DNA of 64,000 nt from a virus (Duplodnaviria; Caudoviricetes): the IMG/VR virus record IMGVR_UViG_3300028920_000023; one strand, given 5' to 3'. The notes below the pieces were generated by a model. That model did not search any database. It was given only the letters and a program-made list of their open reading frames with translations, and was not told the DNA's origin. The position numbers and the translations under genes were made by a program. Shown in pieces: positions 31,473 to 39,513 of this stretch. How positions within the stretch are numbered: position 1 is the first letter of the stretch; each line of letters begins with the position of its first letter.

Positions 31473-31904
31473 ATGATAGAATTCAAAGACCAACTAGAAC
31501 AAATACTAGAAGAGCAAATAGAAACAGGCGACCCCTGCGAAGACCTAATATCCATAGCAACAGAACTAATGGACCAAATAAGTAACCTACAAAAAAGTTT
31601 AGACGACGCACAACTGCAATTAAGAAACATCGTAGAAAAACTTAACTGCACATTGGGCATGGAAATCCGCAAAAAACAACCAAAAATGCATATCTCACTA
31701 GACAACAACTCATGCACCTGCGGATATAAATCCAAAGACCTAAGCTGTAAACCCAACCTAGAAAACGGTAGATGGGAAATAGGAGGAAGACTAGGCAGAG
31801 GCTTCGTGAAAAACTTCCCACAATCAACCAAACTAACAAGCGACGTCAAACCCCTAGCAAATTCCGTAGTAACATTCTTCAAAAAACATTACAGGACATT
31901 ATAA
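31473..31904 (+). CDS. hypothetical protein (143 aa)
   Basis: ORF track; GGAG RBS. Confidence 0.75.
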   Translation: MIEFKDQLEQILEEQIETGDPCEDLISIATELMDQISNLQKSLDDAQLQLRNIVEKLNCTLGMEIRKKQPKMHISLDNNSCTCGYKSKDLSCKPNLENGRWEIGGRLGRGFVKNFPQSTKLTSDVKPLANSVVTFFKKHYRTL

Positions 31905-31905
31905 A

Positions 31906-32232
31906 ATGGACGAAATAAGACCAGTAAGCATAAAAGAAATAAACCTCATCGCAGGCGCAATGAGCGGAACAAGCCATGTACTAACAGAAAACAAAAACCT
32001 AACAGAAGACACCACAATAACCACCAGAAAACAACTCATAAAAGCACTAAAAGAAGGCAGAATACCAGGAAACGCAATACTAGAATGGTCAGACGATCAA
32101 GGAACACTCAGAGCAAATATCATCGACTACCTCCTATACAAAAAAGTAAGAGCCAGAGACGTGCAAACCAACGAATCCCTACTAATACAAAACCAAGACC
32201 TCCAAGACGGAAGCTGGAGGTTACTTCATTGA
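31906..32232 (+). CDS. hypothetical protein (108 aa)
   Basis: ORF track; tight packing with neighbours. Confidence 0.7.
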   Translation: MDEIRPVSIKEINLIAGAMSGTSHVLTENKNLTEDTTITTRKQLIKALKEGRIPGNAILEWSDDQGTLRANIIDYLLYKKVRARDVQTNESLLIQNQDLQDGSWRLLH

Positions 32233-33995
32233 ATGAAGAACTCAACCAGAACTTAGACAACGTATGCAAACGATTTGAAGAAATCTGTTGGCGACTTAAT
32301 ATAGAACCAAACCTAGTCACAGACGAACCAGAAATACAATCCTACACCATAGACAAAGCACATACACAAGAAATAAAAGACGAAATACAACCATACGCAG
32401 ATTCACACGAAATACAACTAGAAGCAGAAGACGGAAAATTCATATTCACAGTAGGCGTCCTCTCCGACGGACACTGGGCCAAACTATCTCCAAAAAGAGA
32501 CAACATGAGCCCCTTCGCAAATCCAGAAGACGCCAAGAAAGTCAAGAAAAAGAAAACAATATTCCAGCAAAACAAAGAACTAGAAGAAATGATAGACGAA
32601 GGACTACAGCCGAAAATCATAGCCGTAGACCTAGACGGAACACTAGCTAAACTATACGACAAATATGACCCAAACAGCATACCAGACCCAAGACCGCACG
32701 CCAAAGAAGCAATAAGAGCACTACGTGCAAAAGGTTACAGAGTAATAATAAACACCGTGCGTGGAGATACCAAACTCATACAAAAATGGCTGGACAAACA
32801 CGGAATCAAAGTAGACCAAATCAACCACAACCCAGACCAACCAGAAAACTCAAGCCACAAAATCTGCGCAGACATCTATATCGATGACAAAGCCATAGAC
32901 GGAAGAAAATCCTGGAAAGAAATAGAAAAACAAATAACCGGAAGGCTCAAAGAAGACCAATACAAAAGCCCAACCGGAAAACACAGAAGATCACAAACAA
33001 CCTATCCTAGCAGCTTCAGCAAATCCAAATCGTTCGGAGGCGTAACAGAAGCAAGAGCCAACAACATCTCCGGCAGCTCCATACCAATGCAACTGGAAAT
33101 ACCCATAGATTATGGGATAAACTCTGCACAGCGTTCCAACTCAGACGGTGAGAAAAAGAAAATACGTCCCTATAACAAAAGGAAAGACGCCACAGACAAT
33201 CCAACAGCAATAGAAGACGAAGACCTACAAGAAAGAAATATCGTAACAACTAAACGCGGACGCACCAACGATACATCAGTCAGAAGACTGACCACAAGAA
33301 GAATAGTACCAGACCTAGACCACGGACCAGAAAAAACAGACGGTCCAGAAGGGTTCTCAGGATCAACCCTGACAGACAGAATAAACAAATCCATAAGCAG
33401 AATCTCAAAAGACAACGTCAAATACCCGGAACCGGACCCAATGCAGGACGCAGCAAAAGAAGTAAATATGCGTCCTCTGGGAGTATTTGGACCAGCAGAT
33501 AAAAGACAACCGAATGGTGGTCCAGTATCGAACGTAAGCATCCAACATCCCAACGATAGAAGCTTCGACAATACAGCTCCTAAAATTACCGTTACTGGGA
33601 AAAGACGTTCTAGTCCAAAACCACCCAAAGCGGTTGTTAGGGATAGGTCAGATCCTCTGAGACAGGCGGATTATGATAATCCTACTGGCGCTGCTTCTGT
33701 GGAGGAGGGTTTGGTCCGTCCTGAAGATGGTTATGAGTTTATGCAATTGTTAGCTAGAGATCTTGGTCTTTCTGTAGAGCCTCGGAAGATTAAGATGCCA
33801 CATAGAACATTTGTGAAGATATGTGATGGTACTCTGAGGTTAGAGTATGATGATCCTGATAATATTGACAGAGTTGGTGAGTTGACTATATATAAACGTG
33901 GTCGTAAAATTTCGTCTACCCGTGTGGATCTCGGTAAAGATACAATAGTTGATGAGATCGGTGAAGAGGTTCTAGATGCCAATTCTAGACAATGA
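32229..33995 (+). CDS. protein with a central HAD-superfamily phosphatase domain and a long low-complexity tail
   Basis: IIAVDLDGTL (motif I), IINTVRG (motif II), DIYIDDKAI (motif IV). The TTG at 32229 overlaps the upstream stop; the ORF track extends to 32085. Confidence 0.75.
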   Translation: MNEELNQNLDNVCKRFEEICWRLNIEPNLVTDEPEIQSYTIDKAHTQEIKDEIQPYADSHEIQLEAEDGKFIFTVGVLSDGHWAKLSPKRDNMSPFANPEDAKKVKKKKTIFQQNKELEEMIDEGLQPKIIAVDLDGTLAKLYDKYDPNSIPDPRPHAKEAIRALRAKGYRVIINTVRGDTKLIQKWLDKHGIKVDQINHNPDQPENSSHKICADIYIDDKAIDGRKSWKEIEKQITGRLKEDQYKSPTGKHRRSQTTYPSSFSKSKSFGGVTEARANNISGSSIPMQLEIPIDYGINSAQRSNSDGEKKKIRPYNKRKDATDNPTAIEDEDLQERNIVTTKRGRTNDTSVRRLTTRRIVPDLDHGPEKTDGPEGFSGSTLTDRINKSISRISKDNVKYPEPDPMQDAAKEVNMRPLGVFGPADKRQPNGGPVSNVSIQHPNDRSFDNTAPKITVTGKRRSSPKPPKAVVRDRSDPLRQADYDNPTGAASVEEGLVRPEDGYEFMQLLARDLGLSVEPRKIKMPHRTFVKICDGTLRLEYDDPDNIDRVGELTIYKRGRKISSTRVDLGKDTIVDEIGEEVLDANSRQ

Positions 33996-34593
33996 TAATC
34001 GGATTCGTTTGGATCCGGCTGGTTATGAATTCGCAGATGTGAATGGGTTAACCGGCCAGAAGCACGATTCGTATCCTGCTCCTGGGCAGCAGCCTCGTTA
34101 TGATTGGATGCGAAGCTACCTGATTGGGTTGCTAGCCAACCAATCTTCTATTTATGAGCCTGTGGAGAAGAGGATTGGTACATTCTGGTTTGATAAGAAC
34201 GAATGGGCTCTGAAGGTATGGGATGGTGATAATTGGGCAGATCTGTCTTTATTTATTAATGTTAATGGTCAGACTTTGGCAGAGTGGGTATCTGAGTCGC
34301 AGCCTAAGATTGATTCTGTTCAGCCTACGTTGACCTTTAGTGGTAAGTCCAATAGTGATCATGTTGTTCTTTTGCCAGTTCCCGAGGAGCTTATTGATGA
34401 TATTGTGTCTTCTATGAGGCCGGTTGTGTATATCAATGGTATACAGGTTGATCCTCGAAATTCTAAGTTTGTTAGTGGTATTCCGACGCATGTTAGTTTA
34501 TTAAATGGTGTAGAGGTTAATACTGATGAGGAGTTCACGGTGATTGTTGAGAATTTTGATGTGTTTATTGAGGAAGACATCGTAGTTAACTAA
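33976..34593 (+). CDS. putative structural protein (205 aa)
   Basis: ORF track; GTFWFDKNEWALKVWDGDNW is typical of fibre/baseplate segments. Confidence 0.55.
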   Translation: MPILDNDNRIRLDPAGYEFADVNGLTGQKHDSYPAPGQQPRYDWMRSYLIGLLANQSSIYEPVEKRIGTFWFDKNEWALKVWDGDNWADLSLFINVNGQTLAEWVSESQPKIDSVQPTLTFSGKSNSDHVVLLPVPEELIDDIVSSMRPVVYINGIQVDPRNSKFVSGIPTHVSLLNGVEVNTDEEFTVIVENFDVFIEEDIVVN

Positions 34594-34600
34594 GGAGAAT

Positions 34601-35722
34601 TTGATGAGCAAGATCAATCTCAAAGATTCTATTCCGTTTTATGTTCCTGGGGATGATTTGGACTCTTCTCAATTGAGAAGGGGTCCACAGGGCATTATTG
34701 AATTTCTTGTCCGAGATAGGTGTAAAAGGCTCGTTACTAAGATTATAGAACCGAATATTGTTAAGATTTCGGCAAAGGAAATGTTGTCCCATCGTCTTCC
34801 TTCAAGCGAGGTCTGGGATCAACAGGCAAATGGTGGTGTAGGAGCGTGGGTAAGTAGTAACCTTGATCCAGATGAGGATTTTAGTGCTAGGTATGTTCTG
34901 TTAGGTGCTTCTTTTGATGAGAATGGTATTCCGTTAGACCAGCAGGATGATCGTTTTTATCAGGTTGATGAAGTTACAGGTCAGACTATTCCGATTAGAT
35001 TGACTCCTGGTGCTGAGTATGATGGTGGTTTGATTAATGCGATTCCTTTGGCTGAGCCTGATCGTCCTTTGAAGAAGATTGAGAATATTGATTTTGATCC
35101 GACTTATCAGCCTGCTGGTAATCCGTTGTTACAGGATGATGTTCGTGCTTTGAATAATATTGCGGTTTTGAGTACTACTCTTAGGCTTGATGAGTATAAT
35201 GGTTTTGGTCAGACGGATAGTGATTTCTTTACTATTACTGAGATTGCTTTAGCTGGTGGTAGAAAGTTTAATTCTATTGATGATTGTGAGTGCACGCCGC
35301 GAAGTTTGTTTTTACAGGGTATTGACTCTGGTTCCGGAACGACTGGTGCTACGGAATCTGGCGAGGTTCCAGTGGCTGCTATTGCTAATGGTAGTGATGT
35401 TGTTTCTATTGATCCTAGTGTGACTAACGTGGATTTGATCAAGGAGGGTGATCAGATTAAGTTGGTTGGTGTGGATGATACTAAATCTGAATGTTCGATT
35501 AATCAGGTTTCTCCGTTTTATTTGGTTTTGACTAAGTTGGCTGGTGGTAGGGACATTCAGTTGGATAGGACTCCGGTTGATACTAATGATGATCCTATTA
35601 CTGGGAGTGTTGGTCTTTATAAGGATACTTTGAGGATTTTTAGTCATAGGGTTTTGACTGTTCCTGTCAAAAAGTCTAGTAATTTTGAAATAGAGATAAA
35701 GTGGCGCATAATTTTTAATTAA
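34601..35722 (+). CDS. putative tail-collar/baseplate-associated structural protein
   Basis: TITEIALAGG...IFSHRVLTVPVKKSSNFEIEIKWRIIF resembles the ending of phage tail-collar/fibre-attachment proteins; AAGGAG RBS. Confidence 0.5.
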   Translation: MMSKINLKDSIPFYVPGDDLDSSQLRRGPQGIIEFLVRDRCKRLVTKIIEPNIVKISAKEMLSHRLPSSEVWDQQANGGVGAWVSSNLDPDEDFSARYVLLGASFDENGIPLDQQDDRFYQVDEVTGQTIPIRLTPGAEYDGGLINAIPLAEPDRPLKKIENIDFDPTYQPAGNPLLQDDVRALNNIAVLSTTLRLDEYNGFGQTDSDFFTITEIALAGGRKFNSIDDCECTPRSLFLQGIDSGSGTTGATESGEVPVAAIANGSDVVSIDPSVTNVDLIKEGDQIKLVGVDDTKSECSINQVSPFYLVLTKLAGGRDIQLDRTPVDTNDDPITGSVGLYKDTLRIFSHRVLTVPVKKSSNFEIEIKWRIIFN

Positions 35723-35772
35723 TATCAAAGTTGTTGCTCTTTTCAGAAGTAAATAAAAGAAAGGAGCAACTT

Positions 35773-37140
35773 ATGCCATCTGGAAAAAAGATTAATTGGT
35801 CTGCATATGATGATTTAATACGTATAGAATTACCAAAAACCACAATCGCGTCATTCCGCAATAAATTCTTAAAACATATCTCAGCAAAGGCTATAGGGGC
35901 CAGAGCCAGAAAATTAGGTATAAAACCAGCTAAAAAGTCAAAGCTGGACGAAAGACATAAGAAGACAATATCAGAAAGCTTGATGAAAGAAACACCAGAA
36001 TTAATAAACAAAATAAAAGAATTACGAGACAGGAATTCAACAAAGGAAATCGCCAAGATACTGGGATGTAGCATATCTCTGGTAAACCGAATAATCAAAA
36101 GACAGAACATTAAATTAAGTAAGGAAGGAAAAATAAGAGTCAGAACACAAATTAGTAGTAAACAAAAAGGCAAGATTCCATGGAATAAAGGCATGGAAAT
36201 GCCCCTAGAGTTCAGAATAAAGGTGGCCATATCAAGACAAAAACAATCTGGAAGACTCTCCAAAATACAACAATCTTTTTACAGAACACTAGATGAATTA
36301 GGGGTTAATTATTTAGAAGAAACTAATGAGAAATGTAGATTTGGGCCGTGGACTTTCGATTGCAGAATAATAGAACCGGGGTATGATATTCTGGTCGAGG
36401 TCCAGGGTGGGTATATCCATTCCTTACCGAAGAACATTCATAAGGATGAAGCTAAAGCGACCTATATGAGGAGATATTTCCCAGACATACCGATAAAATA
36501 CATTTGGGAACATGAGTTTGGCGCGGCCAATAGGATCAAGATGAAGGTCCTTCAATGGATAGGCAGGAGAAATATAGAGCAAGTTGATTTTAATTTCAGG
36601 GATGTTACAATTTCCTATATTGAGACTAGTGAAGCGCGAGAATTTGTATCTGCTTTTCATTATTTGGAGAAAATGGTCGGAAAGACATGCATTGGGGCGA
36701 AATTAGGGGACAAAATTATTGCGGTGTCAGTATGGGGGGCACCTACGAGATATGAGACTGCATCTAGATTAAATGTCAAATTAAACAGATGTTTGGAGTT
36801 ACGTAGGTTTGTGGTTCATGATGCATATCATAAGAAGAATTTTGCATCATGGTTTTTGGCTAGGTCAATACCATTGTTACAAGGTCCAGAAGTATTGGTT
36901 AGCTTTGCAGATGTTGGCTTTGGCCATCATGGTACGATTTATAAAGCGAACAATTGGGAGTATGATGGAATGACGGAACCATCATATTTTTATATTGACC
37001 AGGATGGGTATGTGATATTAAAGAAGACATTATATAATCAGGCACGTAAGATGCATATGACTGAATCGGATTTTGCTGAGACATATAATTACAGGAAGGT
37101 ACCAACACCAGGAAAGAAACGGTTCATAAAGAGGTTATAA
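35773..37140 (+). CDS. fusion: DNA-binding region, PD-(D/E)XK/Vsr-like endonuclease and Mom-like GNAT-fold DNA-modification domain
   Basis: IPWNKG (NUMOD3-like); FDCRI...LVEVQGGYIH...KDEAK...IWEHE (Vsr/DUF559-like); EAREFVSAFHYL...LELRRF...SWFLARS...LVSFAD...GHHGTIYKANNW (Mom-like). AAGGAG RBS before 35773. Confidence 0.75.
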   Translation: MPSGKKINWSAYDDLIRIELPKTTIASFRNKFLKHISAKAIGARARKLGIKPAKKSKLDERHKKTISESLMKETPELINKIKELRDRNSTKEIAKILGCSISLVNRIIKRQNIKLSKEGKIRVRTQISSKQKGKIPWNKGMEMPLEFRIKVAISRQKQSGRLSKIQQSFYRTLDELGVNYLEETNEKCRFGPWTFDCRIIEPGYDILVEVQGGYIHSLPKNIHKDEAKATYMRRYFPDIPIKYIWEHEFGAANRIKMKVLQWIGRRNIEQVDFNFRDVTISYIETSEAREFVSAFHYLEKMVGKTCIGAKLGDKIIAVSVWGAPTRYETASRLNVKLNRCLELRRFVVHDAYHKKNFASWFLARSIPLLQGPEVLVSFADVGFGHHGTIYKANNWEYDGMTEPSYFYIDQDGYVILKKTLYNQARKMHMTESDFAETYNYRKVPTPGKKRFIKRL

Positions 37141-37206
37141 GTTTTTGGTGTTCGGTATATTTTGGGCGAGGGTTTTTCCTCGCCCAGTCTGTACAGGAGA
37201 TAGAAC

Positions 37207-37539
37207 ATGAGGCGATTTGTATTTGGTTTGGTTTGTTTGTTGTGTCTGTTTGTTTTTGTCGGTTGTAATGATGCTACTGTTGTTTCAAATAATCTGTCGA
37301 AAGCTGCGGATAATTTTGAGGTTATACGTAGAATTGTGTTCTATAATGGTATAACTGGAGAATATATATTCGTTATTGAGGGTGCCTGTTCGATCGCAGA
37401 CCAGGGCAGTCAGCTGGAGGTCACGGTTAAAACGGGTGAGAATGAGTATAAGAAACACTTTCTTGGACTTTCCGATAACGTAACATATTTTGCTGAACAA
37501 ATTGAACCAAAGAAGACAGATAGTATCATTATAGTGTAA
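37207..37539 (+). CDS. phage lipoprotein
   Basis: Signal with lipobox FVGC; ADNFEVIRRIVFYNGITG...YKKHFLGLSDNVTYF resembles a widespread phage lipoprotein family. Confidence 0.75.
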   Translation: MRRFVFGLVCLLCLFVFVGCNDATVVSNNLSKAADNFEVIRRIVFYNGITGEYIFVIEGACSIADQGSQLEVTVKTGENEYKKHFLGLSDNVTYFAEQIEPKKTDSIIIV

Positions 37540-37592
37540 CATTTAAGCCGTCGGTAATTGTTCCTGATGTTAGCATTAAGTAGGGAAGATTT

Positions 37593-37805
37593 ATGATAAT
37601 TTATGGGGTATTCAAGCGCCATAAATTCGGTTTACGTTTGCAGGATTTATTCCTAAAGCGGGAACATGCAGCGAGTTTCATTAATTTGCAGTGTAATTCG
37701 AAGGGCGTTAGATGCCGATGGAGCGAGATTAAGGGTGGTGAATGGGAGATACTTCCGGTACGTGTGAATACCCGTGATATCACGAAATCAATCCAAATGC
37801 TCTAA
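37593..37805 (+). CDS. small hypothetical protein (70 aa)
   Basis: ORF track; weak support. Confidence 0.4.
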   Translation: MIIYGVFKRHKFGLRLQDLFLKREHAASFINLQCNSKGVRCRWSEIKGGEWEILPVRVNTRDITKSIQML

Positions 37806-37843
37806 CTACTTTTGTTTTTTCTGTTATCTGGTATGTATCGTAT

Positions 37844-37997
37844 GTGGTGGTTCTTTGACAATCTAGTCCTGTGGGTTTTCAGGCTACACGGTCGCCTAGA
37901 GATTATCCAGAAGTGATAATCGAAGATGAACCATGGGGTTCCGCCCAGCACGCATCACCCACAGGAATGCTTATCCCGCGTGTGTACGGGCGCGTGG
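37844..37997 (+). repeat. 154-bp block (structured leader plus first repeat), copy 1
   Basis: Identical to 38464-38617 (offset 620 bp). Confidence 0.92.
37867..37966 (+). ncRNA. candidate tracrRNA/omegaRNA-like scaffold, copy 1
   Basis: A 10-bp closing stem TCCTGTGGGT/ACCCACAGGA encloses hairpins AGGC/GCCT, GATTATC/GATAATC and GAACC/GGTTC, plus a possible anti-repeat CGCCCAGCACGC. Confidence 0.65.
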
Positions 37998-38407
37998 CCA
38001 GGGGAATTGGCCGTCCGCACTAGTTTAGAACCTATCCCGCGTGTGTACGGGCGCGTGGTCGGACAATCATCGGCCTGATATATGTTCCGCGTGCGTACGG
38101 GCGCGTGGCGTGAGCGCAACCGTCCAGAACCACAGTGTTTGGTCCGCGTGCGTTGGGCGCGTGGAAAGTCCCGAATGATGCCCACCCGTTCCTCCGGTTT
38201 GGTCCGCGTGCGTATGGGCGCGTGGGAAAATATGCATCAGAAAGGCGTTTCTCGTCAGTTTGGTCCGCGTGCGTACGGGCGCGTGGCAGAGCCAAACAAC
38301 GGGACACAGAAGAATGCCATCTGATCTGCGTGTGTACGGGCGCGTGGACAGGACAAAAAAGAGCCACGGAAGACAGCAGTTTGGTCCGCGTGCATACGGG
38401 CGTGTGG
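37969..38407 (+). CRISPR. CRISPR-like array A: 8 repeats, 7 spacers (32, 21, 28, 32, 32, 32, 31 nt)
   Basis: Consensus repeat GTTTGGTCCGCGTG(T/C)GTACGGGCGCGTGG (29 nt), with a conserved 3' 22-nt hairpin core and unique spacers. Confidence 0.9.
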
Positions 38408-38463
38408 TATGGTGGATTTATCGAGTCACTTTCATCTTTTGGATTGTCTGGTATTCCGTAGTC

Positions 38464-38617
38464 GTGGTGGTTCTTTGACAATCTAGTCCTGTGGGTTTTC
38501 AGGCTACACGGTCGCCTAGAGATTATCCAGAAGTGATAATCGAAGATGAACCATGGGGTTCCGCCCAGCACGCATCACCCACAGGAATGCTTATCCCGCG
38601 TGTGTACGGGCGCGTGG
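38464..38617 (+). repeat. 154-bp block (structured leader plus first repeat), copy 2
   Basis: Identical to 37844-37997. Confidence 0.92.
38487..38586 (+). ncRNA. candidate tracrRNA/omegaRNA-like scaffold, copy 2
   Basis: Same stems as copy 1. Confidence 0.65.
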
Positions 38618-39318
38618 GACAAAGACGAAAAGTGAATAGGTATTCTCACACCTATCCCGCGTGTGTACGGGCGCGTGGCTTGGCTCCTGTTACTGAGAGC
38701 CAAACTAAGACTCGGGCCTCACCGTTTGGTCCGCGTGTGTACGGGCGCGTGGAACCCTGGACCCGTACAGTACTTCAGCGCGTTGTTTGGTCCGCGTGTG
38801 TACGGGCGCGTGGGAATGCTGAGAGACAGAGGAAATGGCACTGGAGTTTGGTCCGCGTGTGTACGGGCGCGTGGAGGTCTTGCTGATCTGTAATGGGAAG
38901 CCATCTGTTTGGTCCGCGTGTGTACGGGCGCGTGGGAGATCCCGGTCGCGGGTGGTCCGGCAGGGTAATGTTTGGTCCGCGTGTATACGGGCGCGTGGGG
39001 TCGATGGTTGTCCTGCTTCGTTTTAGCTCAGTTTGGTCCGCGTGTATACGGGCGCGTGGCTGGCAGACCTCATCTGGTCTTCCTGCAAAGCGTTTGGTCC
39101 GCGTGCGTACGGGCGCGTGGTGAGGCCAGGGGTATTATCCAAGCATTCCAAAGGGTCCGCGTGCGTACGGGCGCGTGGGTAGACGAGGCCGCTAAGGATC
39201 TGCCCCGCGTGGAGGCCGCGATCGAACGTAATGACCCAGGCAACTGTCCAGCGTGTGTACGGGCGCGTGGCTCCTTCAAGAACCCATTGGTCTGTCCCGC
39301 GTGCGTACGGGCGCGTGG
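38589..39318 (+). CRISPR. CRISPR-like array B: 12 full repeats plus 1 collapsed repeat; spacers mostly 32 nt (range about 19-45)
   Basis: Same repeat; period about 61 bp; degenerates toward the 3' end. Confidence 0.92.
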
Positions 39319-39337
39319 TATGGTGGATTTATCGATC

Positions 39338-39418
39338 GCGGGGACATGGCATGGCCGCTGGGACCGGGAAAGCGCGCCCGGCTCTCGAAGTGAGGTTCGA
39401 TTCCTCCGCCCTGCACCA
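39338..39418 (+). tRNA. tRNA-like element with a non-canonical anticodon arm
   Basis: Acceptor-like stem GCGGGGA/GCCCTGC plus A-CCA end; T-loop GAGG-TTCGATT-CCTC. The central hairpin CCGGG/CCCGG has an 8-nt loop that does not fit the anticodon consensus. Confidence 0.4.
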
Positions 39419-39513
39419 ATTTAGAGCGACTTCACCCACCAAAAATCTCGGACGTTGATGCACAAGTTTCACATATAACACACAACGATACAAAATATCA
39501 AAGGAGAACAACC

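Noticed and set aside
37163-37186. 9-bp hairpin TGGGCGAGG/CCTCGCCCA after the endonuclease-Mom gene as an intrinsic terminator
   Set aside because: The stem is strong but has no U-tract on either strand, so its function cannot be assigned.
37855-37860. TTGACA (also at 38475-38480) as the -35 box of an array promoter
   Set aside because: There is no -10 hexamer at 16-18 bp, and the predicted RNA stem starts only 7 nt downstream, so this cannot be the promoter for that RNA.
37998-39289. Self-targeting spacers within this window
   Set aside because: No match was noticed by eye, but this was not tested computationally. A BLASTN-short search against the full genome is needed.
37969-39318. TIGR-Tas or other non-CRISPR array interpretation
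   Set aside because: The unit is one repeat plus one spacer of about 32 nt, not a 36-nt dual-spacer unit with box C/D-like motifs, and the adjacent protein has TnpB/Cas12 rather than Nop-domain features.
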